Below, piece by piece: positions 48,311 through 57,080 of a stretch of DNA of 64,000 bases; position 1 is the first letter of the stretch; the number at the start of each line of letters is the position of its first letter. The stretch covers positions 27,928-91,927 of IMG/VR virus record IMGVR_UViG_2775506840_000002; one strand, written 5' to 3'. The position numbers and the translations under genes were made by a program. The notes under the pieces were generated by a model. That model had not been told where the DNA came from and searched no databases. It saw only the letters and a list, made by a program, of their open reading frames with translations. Source of the stretch: a virus (Duplodnaviria > Caudoviricetes).

Positions 48311-48748
48311 TTAATAACATCCTAGGCCCATAACTAATGGTAGATCCTGATGTATAACGATACCGTAAATAGCTTCTCCTACTTGTATAACACCATATTT
48401 GCCTAATTCCTTACATCTACTCACCGAATATCCGACCTCCATAGATACATTTATCCAACTATTTTTTTTGATATATTTTAGGTCTACAATTTGATGCTCT
48501 ACTCTATTTAAATTATTAAGCCCCTTCTTTATCTTCTCTATATCAAGTTTTAAGCGCTTAATTTCAGCTTCTAAATATGTTCTAGTTTTTATATTATTAA
48601 GGTCTACTATCTCATTTGAAGCATCAAATTTCATGTTTTCGTTCAATATATCTAAATCTTTTACGCGTAGCTCCAGTTGAGTACAGTATTTATTGTACTC
48701 CCCAATCTTTTTCTTTGTATTTTTTATGTATTCATTTTTCATCTTCAA
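48311..48748 (-). CDS. RinA/ArpU-like late activator
   Basis: Coiled coil + L...EHQIV.LKY...SW..V. Confidence 0.7.
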   Translation of the reverse strand: MKMKNEYIKNTKKKIGEYNKYCTQLELRVKDLDILNENMKFDASNEIVDLNNIKTRTYLEAEIKRLKLDIEKIKKGLNNLNRVEHQIVDLKYIKKNSWINVSMEVGYSVSRCKELGKYGVIQVGEAIYGIVIHQDLPLVMGLGCY

Positions 48749-48862
48749 TTCCCCCTTTAAAATTTACGACTTATTAAACTTTCATTTGTTTGCTTGAATA
48801 AGCACCAAAACACATGAAGTAAACTATAAAAATTTACTTCATGTGTACTGATCCTTATTCAA

Positions 48863-49156
48863 TTAGTCCTCATCAAAGAAGCTTGCAGCTTCAACTAAAT
48901 CATTATCCTCTTCTTTATCCTTCTGTTTCACTTGAAGTATTGGTTGAAAATCTTCAAGATACTTCTTAACAATTTTTTCTATCCTGGTATCCAAGTCTTT
49001 TTCACTTGTTAGTACTCTTCTTTCTTCCATCATTTCTTTTCTAATACAGTAACGGATAAATTCTGATTTATTCCCATTGCATTTAGATTTCACATACTCA
49101 TGGAGCTCTGGATCATTATCAAATCCAACTGGAACGATATCTCTTGATTTGCTCAC
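48863..49156 (-). CDS. ParR-like RHH adaptor
   Basis: NKSEFIRYCIR; acidic tail; overlaps parM stop. Confidence 0.65.
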   Translation of the reverse strand: MSKSRDIVPVGFDNDPELHEYVKSKCNGNKSEFIRYCIRKEMMEERRVLTSEKDLDTRIEKIVKKYLEDFQPILQVKQKDKEEDNDLVEAASFFDED

Positions 49157-50076
49157 TTAAACTTCACCTTCCCTATTTCAAGGAACCCTGCAACATTTGT
49201 CCATTGTGTTTCCTCGACCGTCTGTACGTGTGGGATTACTTCTTTAAGTGCCTCTTTAACCAATAGGCTTGTCCCACCAGTAACAACAATATCCATTAAA
49301 TCTAAAGGGAACTCCTTCTTTAAGTCTGCAACAACTTCCTGTACATACCCCTTATAGATTTCACTTAATGCCTTTTGACTTTCTGGTTCAATCTTCCCTT
49401 GATACTTAATACCACCATTTGAAATGATATCTTCTATATCTCTTGAAGTAAGTCCTCGCTTATACATTGCTTCAAATTTCCTCTTAATCATTGCTTCTAT
49501 CTGCATAGACCCTTGATTAGTTGTCATCATAGAACTTGGTTGAGGTATTAGATTGTCGTAAATGCCAAAGTTCATATTCCTTCCACCTAGATCTATAACG
49601 CCGACTCTCTTGCCTACAAAAAGTTCTTTGTTGGTATAAACTACTCCTGATGATTCAGGCATAATTAAAACTCTAGTAAATTGGATATTTTGATACTTCC
49701 CATCTACTACAAATTTCTTTGGTTGCTCTTTGATATTCTCTTGAAATGCCTTTCTATTATCTTTACTCAAATAGATATTAGTTGGGCATCCAATAACAGC
49801 CGCTATTTCACCTTTGCATCCTAATCTATATGCTGCTGTATATATGGCTAACTTGTGAAGTAATGTGTTCTTTTCAAGGCTATAATCTACTTGCTCGCCT
49901 TGATCTCCAATAATATATGTATCTTCTTCATAAATCACTTTATTGCTATTCCCAGTTGCTTCAATATCTAGGCTGGATGTAAGTTGTGTACTCTTTGTTC
50001 TAAATAGAGTTTTCTCTCCACTTGCTCCTAACCCCTTTGTTGCATGCTTTCCTGCATCGATTGCTATTACTTTCAT
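49153..50076 (-). CDS. ParM/StbA actin-like ATPase
   Basis: IDAG..TK, PES, IDLGG, VTGG. Confidence 0.85.
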   Translation of the reverse strand: MKVIAIDAGKHATKGLGASGEKTLFRTKSTQLTSSLDIEATGNSNKVIYEEDTYIIGDQGEQVDYSLEKNTLLHKLAIYTAAYRLGCKGEIAAVIGCPTNIYLSKDNRKAFQENIKEQPKKFVVDGKYQNIQFTRVLIMPESSGVVYTNKELFVGKRVGVIDLGGRNMNFGIYDNLIPQPSSMMTTNQGSMQIEAMIKRKFEAMYKRGLTSRDIEDIISNGGIKYQGKIEPESQKALSEIYKGYVQEVVADLKKEFPLDLMDIVVTGGTSLLVKEALKEVIPHVQTVEETQWTNVAGFLEIGKVKFK

Positions 50077-50101
50077 CCTAATCCCTCCAAATTTCATAAT
50101 T

Positions 50102-50171
50102 TGTATTACAATGTATTACTTGTAATACCGTTTCGTCTTCATATGTATTACAATGTAATACTTTGTAATAC
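50102..50171. repeat. parC-like iterons (2 x 3 TGTAWTAC)
   Basis: Copies at 50102, 50112, 50121, 50144, 50154, 50164. Confidence 0.7.
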
Positions 50172-50202
50172 ATAACCATGCTTTAACTGCTTAAAACACA
50201 TT

Positions 50203-50616
50203 CTAGAATGGTAAGTCATCATCTTCTCCTATATCTGGTGTTGGGCATTCACTTAATGTTTGAGTATTACTTGAAGTTGGCGTCCCTTCTTCAACTGATT
50301 TCTTACTCTCTGCAAAATGTTGCTCTTCAACTACAACATCAACTGATGTATGTGTGATGCCATCTTTATCCCATCTGTTCGTTTGAAGTCTGCCTACTAC
50401 TGATACCATTTGGCCCTTCCTAAAGAACTTCTCTGCAAATTCTCCAGCTTTACCAAATGCTACAATATTGAAGAAGTCAACATCTGGTTCGCCTTGCTTT
50501 ACAAATTGTTTTCTAACCGCTAGCCCATATCTTACTACTGCAACTGGATTAGCTGACTGTGAGTATCTAACTTCTGGATCACGTGTTAAGCGTCCCATTA
50601 AAATCACTTTATTCAT
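50203..50616 (-). CDS. ssb: Single-stranded DNA-binding protein
   Basis: MNKVILMGRLTRDPE...DDDLPF. Confidence 0.95.
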   Translation of the reverse strand: MNKVILMGRLTRDPEVRYSQSANPVAVVRYGLAVRKQFVKQGEPDVDFFNIVAFGKAGEFAEKFFRKGQMVSVVGRLQTNRWDKDGITHTSVDVVVEEQHFAESKKSVEEGTPTSSNTQTLSECPTPDIGEDDDLPF

Positions 50617-50815
50617 GTCTAAACTTTCCTCCTATTATGTACTCTTGAGATCTCATCTTTTTTCTATGTTGGTAATCTGCAAATGCTTTATCAAACATCC
50701 TGCGTTGCTCTTTTTGTTTAAGCTCTTCAGCGCGCTTCTGTTTTTCAATGACTTGTGCTGCTATCCTTTGTTGTGTATTCATCGTTATACCCTCCATACT
50801 TCTAGCCAAAAGCAA
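50609..50815 (-). CDS. Hypothetical phage protein
   Basis: Overlaps ssb start; true start probably MNTQQ. Confidence 0.5.
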   Translation of the reverse strand: MLLARSMEGITMNTQQRIAAQVIEKQKRAEELKQKEQRRMFDKAFADYQHRKKMRSQEYIIGGKFRHE

Positions 50816-51192
50816 ATTTTATTCATTAATTCATTATTTGATATTGATTTTCATTTTCTATTATGGTATTATTATTTTGACATGATTAATACATATTTTT
50901 TAACATTTTCCCTCCCGATTTCGGGAAGCACTAGCTCCAACTAGTGCTTATTTTTTTGCCCACTTAAAATCAATTTTTATTTAATGTATATATCTAAATA
51001 CTTTTACACAAAATATTAATGGATCTTAATTAATCAATTGTCCTAACACCCTTATAATTTATTTATCTAGAGTGATCTAGCCTGGTATCCTCCTTAGGTC
51101 ACTCTATACATATCTTAACGTTTTTATTTAATTCTTACTTTTCACTGTGTTATACTAAAACTCTAAACCATCCATAAAATAGGGGGAATTTT

Positions 51193-51429
51193 ATGTCTAT
51201 ATTTTTAATAATCTGTGGTATTATTTTTATTTCTTTAACTCCAGTAGTGAGTAATTTAGTACTACCAGCTCTTGGTATACTACTTATAGCACTATCTATT
51301 GTTATAAAGAATCAAAAAACACTTATCGTTAAAAGTGATATCATCATAGAACATCTAAAGTTAAATCGTTCTCTACTAGAGGTAACGTCAGATAGTTCTA
51401 CTAATAATATCTTAGATAACGAAGTCTAA
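51193..51429 (+). CDS. Small membrane protein (moron)
   Basis: Two TM segments, TG-n-TATACT promoter, terminator 51441-51465. Confidence 0.65.
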   Translation: MSIFLIICGIIFISLTPVVSNLVLPALGILLIALSIVIKNQKTLIVKSDIIIEHLKLNRSLLEVTSDSSTNNILDNEV

Positions 51430-51487
51430 AGTACTTAAGCGCCATCCTACTGGATGGTGTTTTTTATTCAAAAACTAATTTTATTGA

Positions 51488-52285
51488 CTACTCTTCAAAC
51501 ATACTGCACTGATTTTCTAGTGGCTTTTCTTTACATTTGCCTATCCACCATTCCATTACATCTTCTCCAGTTTGCCATGTTGTGTTATTATCTAAGTTCT
51601 TAATCATTCTGTTAAATGCTCTTATGTAATTTTCTTTGTACTTAGGATACATCTCTAATTCTTTTTCCTGGTTGCTACTTAAAGGACACCCTATACAACC
51701 TATTCTAGTAAAGCCCTGGTCGTACAGTTCACAGTATGGCTTTTTGTATTTCTTTAGAAATTCCCATACATCTTCATCTGTCCAGTCTATAATAGGTCGT
51801 ACCATTACTTTGCCTTTCCAAAAGCTAACCATACTAAGCTTTTTCCTATTATTGCTTTCTGACCATCTTACGCCAACAAGCACAGTGTCACCTACATTAC
51901 CTACATTTTCTTTTAACTCTTCACAACAATACCTCTGCATCCTTGTAGGTGGTTGTTTTTTACTAGATATCAAATTAAATATAGTTTTAGGCCTACCTTC
52001 CATAGTCCCCTTTACTTGTCTTTTGGTAAATACATTGCATTTTCTTTCTATAACATCCGGATAGTACTTTCTTCTAAACCTAATCAGCTCTGGTGGATCG
52101 GGCGTTGGTGCAACTTCTGCTCTGAATTTAACCCCTGCCATTTCCGCCAAATGATATACTACTTGACTATCCTTACCTCCACTAAAGGCTAATAAGTAAC
52201 CTTCTTGTGGTTCAAATTCTTGCAATCTTTTTATTGCTATATCAACTTTATTTATTTCTCCAAATAATGTATGTTCAACTAACAC
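51488..52285 (-). CDS. PAPS reductase-family protein
   Basis: AFSGGKDS, RYCC..LK, GVRWSES..R, RIGCIGCP. Confidence 0.88.
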   Translation of the reverse strand: MLVEHTLFGEINKVDIAIKRLQEFEPQEGYLLAFSGGKDSQVVYHLAEMAGVKFRAEVAPTPDPPELIRFRRKYYPDVIERKCNVFTKRQVKGTMEGRPKTIFNLISSKKQPPTRMQRYCCEELKENVGNVGDTVLVGVRWSESNNRKKLSMVSFWKGKVMVRPIIDWTDEDVWEFLKKYKKPYCELYDQGFTRIGCIGCPLSSNQEKELEMYPKYKENYIRAFNRMIKNLDNNTTWQTGEDVMEWWIGKCKEKPLENQCSMFEE

Positions 52286-52493
52286 TCATACCACCTAATT
52301 CAACTCGTATTGCCTAAGTTGAATTAAGTTAAATCGTTATCTACCAATCTCAGTCATGGTGTGAGCCTAATGCTCTACAGTGGGGATTTTTACGCCTTTA
52401 CCACATATCTTTTTTCATAGCTAGATACATGGCTAGTGTTCTAGCTACTATGGCAACCTTAATAAGTTAAGGTCCTGGTACGGTGTTATGCTT

Positions 52494-52775
52494 CTATATT
52501 TCAATTAGTTCAGTTTCTTTAAATCTTACACTTAGAATTTCTGCATTAAGGTAAGGTCTATAGTCATAGTCCATGTTGTATTCTATTATGTATGCTTTAA
52601 GTGCTGCTCTAGCTTCATTCTCACTAAGTGCTCTTACTTCCCACGTTTGTTTCTTCCAGTTTCCTCTTATGGTATTGTAAGAGAACTCTATTTGGTACAC
52701 ATTAATTTCTAATCGTGTCTTAATGCTCTTCACAATATCACTTCCTAAAAAAACTATTTTATTTACTCTTGCCAT
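52494..52775 (-). CDS. Hypothetical phage protein
   Basis: ORF; N-terminus runs through a junction motif. Confidence 0.55.
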   Translation of the reverse strand: MARVNKIVFLGSDIVKSIKTRLEINVYQIEFSYNTIRGNWKKQTWEVRALSENEARAALKAYIIEYNMDYDYRPYLNAEILSVRFKETELIEI

Positions 52776-52999
52776 ACAACTTCTACAATGTCATCCTCTT
52801 CAACTTCAAACTCTGGATTATACTCTTTAAGTATTTTTTCAATCTTTTTCTTATCAACAAATAATATCCATTCTTTTTGTTCATCATTGAAATGCATATA
52901 CATTTTGTTTTGTATCTCTCGCTTCAATTCGTCAAATTGCTTCGCCTTATCCCTTAACTCATCAAAATCATTAATGCTAATGGTTACTTTTCCGTCCAT
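52763..52999 (-). CDS. Hypothetical phage protein
   Basis: GAGGAGG RBS next to motif; MDGKVTIS. Confidence 0.6.
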   Translation of the reverse strand: MDGKVTISINDFDELRDKAKQFDELKREIQNKMYMHFNDEQKEWILFVDKKKIEKILKEYNPEFEVEEDDIVEVVWQE

Positions 53000-53026
53000 C
53001 TTCATCCTCCTCAAAGAATTATTTTA

Positions 53027-53263
53027 TTAAAACATTTTTGCTATTTTCATCAGATCTTGAGCTCTTTCCATAGCACTTGGGCACATTGCTTCTATCGTTC
53101 CTAACATGCCAGCTAACGCTATTTCTGATTGTCTCGCTCTTAATCTCCTAATTTCACGTTGTTCATCCTGCAACCTCTTTTGTTCTTCTGTAGGCTCTAC
53201 ATGTGGTCTATTGTTGTATCTCCACCATATGTTCCTGCTATGAATCTTTTTCAATAATGCCAT
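53027..53263 (-). CDS. Hypothetical phage protein
   Basis: GGAGG RBS; stop inside motif. Confidence 0.6.
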   Translation of the reverse strand: MALLKKIHSRNIWWRYNNRPHVEPTEEQKRLQDEQREIRRLRARQSEIALAGMLGTIEAMCPSAMERAQDLMKIAKMF

Positions 53264-53296
53264 GTATTCCTCCAAAAAAATTATTCTATGGAGTTG

Positions 53297-53617
53297 TTAA
53301 GCCCCATATTTTAAATTTCTTTTGTTCTTCATTATTTGTTCGAATGTATTTGCATACTTACAAATTTTTGTATTCTTTGGAAACACCATTTTCACGCTCT
53401 CATGCGAAAAATTAAGCATTTCTTCTGTTATGCCTAACGTGTCCATGTTGATGTAACAATCACCATGTTTACTTTTGCTAACGGCTTCTTCTTTTGTGTA
53501 TAAGCCAACTTTACTTAAATCAGTGTAGTACCCACTACTATTTTTACCCCAAAACAACACATTCTCACTATTGCCCCAGTATCTTAATGCTATTATTAAA
53601 TACTTCTTTTCTTCCAT
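53297..53617 (-). CDS. Hypothetical phage protein
   Basis: LFWG.N..GY..DL..GLYT.EEA motif. Confidence 0.65.
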   Translation of the reverse strand: MEEKKYLIIALRYWGNSENVLFWGKNSSGYYTDLSKVGLYTKEEAVSKSKHGDCYINMDTLGITEEMLNFSHESVKMVFPKNTKICKYANTFEQIMKNKRNLKYGA

Positions 53618-53704
53618 TTGCTCACCCTTTCAAACTTAGATTTGCTTAAATACTTTATACACTTCACCATCTTTGTTATAATGAAAACAAAAAAGGAGAA
53701 CTTT

Positions 53705-54211
53705 ATGAATCAATCAGATAAACTAAACGACTTTTTTACTTCTAATCCTGAGGCATACTCTAAATTTAAATCTTCTATGGAAAACTTTTATTATGAACCT
53801 CAAATAAACATTCCTGATTATACTAAAAACATCAAACTAGCCCCCAGTATTGCAGAGCGTGAAGCTGCTGCTGATAATCGCAATACAGAGTTGATGGCAG
53901 AAATAAGCTCTGGTAATGATCGCCTAGTTCAGCAATTAGAAATAGCTAATCTATCTTTAAATGAAATGAATACTACTTTAAAGTCTCAACTTAATAGTGC
54001 TAATACTACACTTAACATGGTCCTTAGTTCCATAGGTCACAATTCACAGCTAACTCATAGACAACTTATAGAAATGAATAAATCAGTCGCTGAACTTAAA
54101 ACTCTAATAGAGATTGGTGATTCTGAAGGTGTAAATAAGTTCATTGCTGACCATGGATTAGAAAGTTTAGCTTTAGTCCTTCAAGTAATTTCTATGTGTT
54201 TTGGTGCTTAG
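53705..54211 (+). CDS. Coiled-coil moron protein
   Basis: TG-n-TATAAT promoter, AAGGAG RBS, hairpin after stop. Confidence 0.65.
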   Translation: MNQSDKLNDFFTSNPEAYSKFKSSMENFYYEPQINIPDYTKNIKLAPSIAEREAAADNRNTELMAEISSGNDRLVQQLEIANLSLNEMNTTLKSQLNSANTTLNMVLSSIGHNSQLTHRQLIEMNKSVAELKTLIEIGDSEGVNKFIADHGLESLALVLQVISMCFGA

Positions 54212-54351
54212 AAACTAATGAGGGTTAATTCCCTCAACTAGCTTCTATAAAAAATTGATTTTATTACTCTATTTGAATTTTTCTTTAAACTACCGTATAA
54301 TTTATTTATCAACTCTATCCAGTTGAAATATAAAAGAAAGGCGGTACTAAT

Positions 54352-54540
54352 ATGAAAGCTACTGAACTTCAACAACAAATAGCTAAAGAACTTTGTCTTA
54401 AAATGCTTGAAAAAGGTGAGTATGCTGAGTTCTATCGTGGAGATCTTGATGAAATCTCATACAACACTCAAACAGGTCATAATATTGGCACACTCTATCA
54501 AGCTATTTTATCTAAAGTTTGTGCCACTGAAACTATTTAG
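54352..54540 (+). CDS. Small moron protein
   Basis: TTGAAT/TATAAT promoter, AGAAAGGCGG RBS. Confidence 0.6.
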   Translation: MKATELQQQIAKELCLKMLEKGEYAEFYRGDLDEISYNTQTGHNIGTLYQAILSKVCATETI

Positions 54541-54707
54541 TAATTTCTAAGCTCTCTATATGTTTCAGTTAGCTTACTAATTGCATTTAATGTCTCTGGA
54601 ATAGCTGCAACTACTTCTGGAGACATTTGCTTTTCATCTAATTCCTTCTGAATCTATTCACAACTTTTACAAATTGTTTGTTTAAGATTTTCTTTTACTT
54701 CTCTCAT
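54537..54707 (-). pseudogene. Small ORF with in-frame TAG at 54654-54656
   Basis: MREVKENL...CE*IQKEL...ELRNY; AAGGA RBS. Confidence 0.5.
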
Positions 54708-54737
54708 TTTTATCATCCTTCCAATAGTTAATTTGTC

Positions 54738-54953
54738 TTAGTCCCATTCCCCATAATTAGGGCAACTGGTACATTCGGATTTATTCTTAGTACACTCTTC
54801 ACAATCTAGTTCTTCACGTTCATGGATGTACCCAGTGTTACCGCAATTACGGCATGTAGCTTTATCTGCTATTTTTCTGAATCCTATTGTTACATCTTCT
54901 TCTAGATCTATCTCCTTAGAATTGCATTTAACACATTGTATAAATCTAACCAT
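54738..54953 (-). CDS. Cys-rich zinc finger protein
   Basis: Four CxxC. Confidence 0.6.
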   Translation of the reverse strand: MVRFIQCVKCNSKEIDLEEDVTIGFRKIADKATCRNCGNTGYIHEREELDCEECTKNKSECTSCPNYGEWD

Positions 54954-54973
54954 CTTCTCACCTTCTAACTTAT

Positions 54974-55204
54974 CTAGATTCTTACTGGTATACCCTCAAG
55001 GTCATATCCTGATGCAATTACTTCTGCTGATTCATTACGACTCTCTATCCAACATCTACCACTTTCATTTCTGAATCTTACATCAGTCCATTCACCATCA
55101 ATATTAACTTCCACTTTATCCATATCACGTAAGCCTTGTAATACCCATAAGTCCATTTCCAGTATCCCGTATGTGTATAATTTCCCATTACGCCCTAGAT
55201 ACAT
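54974..55204 (-). CDS. Hypothetical protein (DUF5348-like)
   Basis: EV.IDGEW..VR motif. Confidence 0.55.
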   Translation of the reverse strand: MYLGRNGKLYTYGILEMDLWVLQGLRDMDKVEVNIDGEWTDVRFRNESGRCWIESRNESAEVIASGYDLEGIPVRI

Positions 55205-55227
55205 GCCATCCCTCCTATCCTTTTGTT

Positions 55228-55503
55228 TTACTCAATTTTCATCTGCCCCGGCATAATTGCCATGAGCTTTTTGATATCTGTAACAGGCTTATAAAATTTA
55301 TTAGCCCCTTCTATATAATCTATTTCTATCAATCCATGACTTTTAAGATTTCTAATATATCTATCTGTGTTATTCTTCATGCATCCAAGTTCTTTAACTA
55401 ACTGTGAAGATGTACAAGGTTTTACTAGGAGTATGAGGATAATTCTGTATTCTGTTGCCTTTAATTTGCATTTTGCTAAATAGTTATAATACTGCTTATC
55501 CAT
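55228..55503 (-). CDS. Winged-helix regulator
   Basis: T.SQL..ELG....T.RYI..LK..GLI. Confidence 0.75.
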   Translation of the reverse strand: MDKQYYNYLAKCKLKATEYRIILILLVKPCTSSQLVKELGCMKNNTDRYIRNLKSHGLIEIDYIEGANKFYKPVTDIKKLMAIMPGQMKIE

Positions 55504-55516
55504 ACTTTCTCCTTAG

Positions 55517-55556
55517 TTAGTCTTTTTTGACTAATCAATTAGTCTGTTTAGACTAA
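55517..55556. promoter_or_regulatory. Two palindromic operators TTAGTC-N6-GACTAA
   Basis: 55517-55534 and 55539-55556, directly upstream of the wHTH gene. Confidence 0.7.
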
Positions 55557-55565
55557 TCTTGCTTA

Positions 55566-55940
55566 TCATCCCAACATGTATTTAAATCTCATTCCAAGAC
55601 TTGGTACAAATCCATTCCTTGTCCTAATAGCTATACCTATTGTCTTTTCTGTTACATAATGTTCTATAGCTGCTTGCTCTGCACTGTTGTATACTTTTAC
55701 AACTTCACCTGCATCATTTAATTTTCCAACTTGGTATCTTTGAAGTGGTTTATTTACACCATCACCATATCTAAACCATAGTTTTTTATCTGGGAACTTT
55801 CCATCGTGCCCCATAAATGCTAGTCTCATTTTTGCCCTATCTATTCCGTGCTCTTCTAATGCCTCTTTGACAGTTCTATATCTCTTAATCACTTCACCTG
55901 TCTCATAATCTAGTTGTTCAAACTCTCTGATTTTACCCAT
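55566..55940 (-). CDS. Tandem NUMOD1-like protein
   Basis: Paralog of 5113..5490. Confidence 0.6.
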   Translation of the reverse strand: MGKIREFEQLDYETGEVIKRYRTVKEALEEHGIDRAKMRLAFMGHDGKFPDKKLWFRYGDGVNKPLQRYQVGKLNDAGEVVKVYNSAEQAAIEHYVTEKTIGIAIRTRNGFVPSLGMRFKYMLG

Positions 55941-56272
55941 TAGCTGATACCTCCCAGCATCAATTGCCCACTTTCTTTTCTTGTAAGTTCATGTTTAAAC
56001 TTAGGTTTTACTCGTTCTCTCTTTGCTACTTGCTGTACATCTGCACAATATTTAGCAGCATAAACATGCAATGCTACATCCTCAATGGAATCTTTTTTAT
56101 TCCATAACTTGATGGTGTTCATAATCTTATTTAGAGCCTGTTCGTTCCCATGCTCTTTGATATGCCTTTTAACAATGCTTGTCCATTCTTCTTTGGTTAG
56201 CTTAGTGCCATCCATGAGGTAATAAAACCACGCTTTGTTTATTTCTTCTCTGCATCCTAGTTTCATGTTCAT
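55940..56272 (-). CDS. Hypothetical phage protein
   Basis: ORF in operon. Confidence 0.6.
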   Translation of the reverse strand: MNMKLGCREEINKAWFYYLMDGTKLTKEEWTSIVKRHIKEHGNEQALNKIMNTIKLWNKKDSIEDVALHVYAAKYCADVQQVAKRERVKPKFKHELTRKESGQLMLGGIS

Positions 56273-56432
56273 TGACTCACCAACTTCCCTGCGACATAAC
56301 CTTTTATTTGGTTAATATCTTGAAACTGTGTTCGTCCTTCATGAATTAACATCATGATATATGTAATGGATTTATTATGTTTCTCAGCCATTTCACTTGC
56401 CCACTTAGCTGCTTCAAAATGATTTGTCATAA

Positions 56433-57080
56433 CTATGCTCCTATGTTCTCTAATACATCTTTAACTTTCGCCATACCACGTTGAGCAACCTCTATAGGTT
56501 GTTTCTCATAGTGTTCTTCGTATGTAATATATGCAACTGCTTGTTCTTTTGGTTTTTGTAATAATGACATTTGCTCATGAATACCAATACTAAGTACTTG
56601 CTCTGCTTGTCTGCGTTTATTAATGCTCTTCATAGTTCTATAAAAATGTGCTCTATCTGCTTCAAGATTTTCACTCGCACATAACTCTGCCCATCCTCCC
56701 ATTGCTTTTATAGCTTGTACAACCTCTTCTGGTAATGATGCTAAGGCTTCGTTTACTCTTGCATATCCATAATTACGAATTGCTCGCTGCACCATGCCCC
56801 AAGCATCTGTCTCATCAATTTCCGGACCATTAATAACTTCTGCACATGCTTTTCTTATTTTTGCTATGTTTGGATAAAATTCTTCTTGTGCTATAAGTTT
56901 ATGGATACCAACCTTAAGAACATTCATAGGAATATCACTTAGGCTTTCGTACCAAAATCTCAACATATTCTTATCATTTAAATCAAAGTCCCAATTAGGA
57001 TAGTTGCTTTTAAGTCCTGCCATAAGCGAGGAAAACTCAACTCTTAATTGTTTGTCATCTGTAGCATCAAATTGACTCAT
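56433..57080 (-). CDS. Helicase loader/inhibitor (G39P-like)
   Basis: W...L.DI....F.P.IA.IR, EAWG.V..AI..YG. Confidence 0.75.
   Translation of the reverse strand: MSQFDATDDKQLRVEFSSLMAGLKSNYPNWDFDLNDKNMLRFWYESLSDIPMNVLKVGIHKLIAQEEFYPNIAKIRKACAEVINGPEIDETDAWGMVQRAIRNYGYARVNEALASLPEEVVQAIKAMGGWAELCASENLEADRAHFYRTMKSINKRRQAEQVLSIGIHEQMSLLQKPKEQAVAYITYEEHYEKQPIEVAQRGMAKVKDVLENIGA

Larger units (their letters stand above)
50964..54739. repeat. Dispersed 19-bp junction motif (YNAAA-N6-TTTTATT) array
   Basis: Copies at 50964, 51468, 52746, 53011, 53273, 53630, 54248, 54721. Confidence 0.6.
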
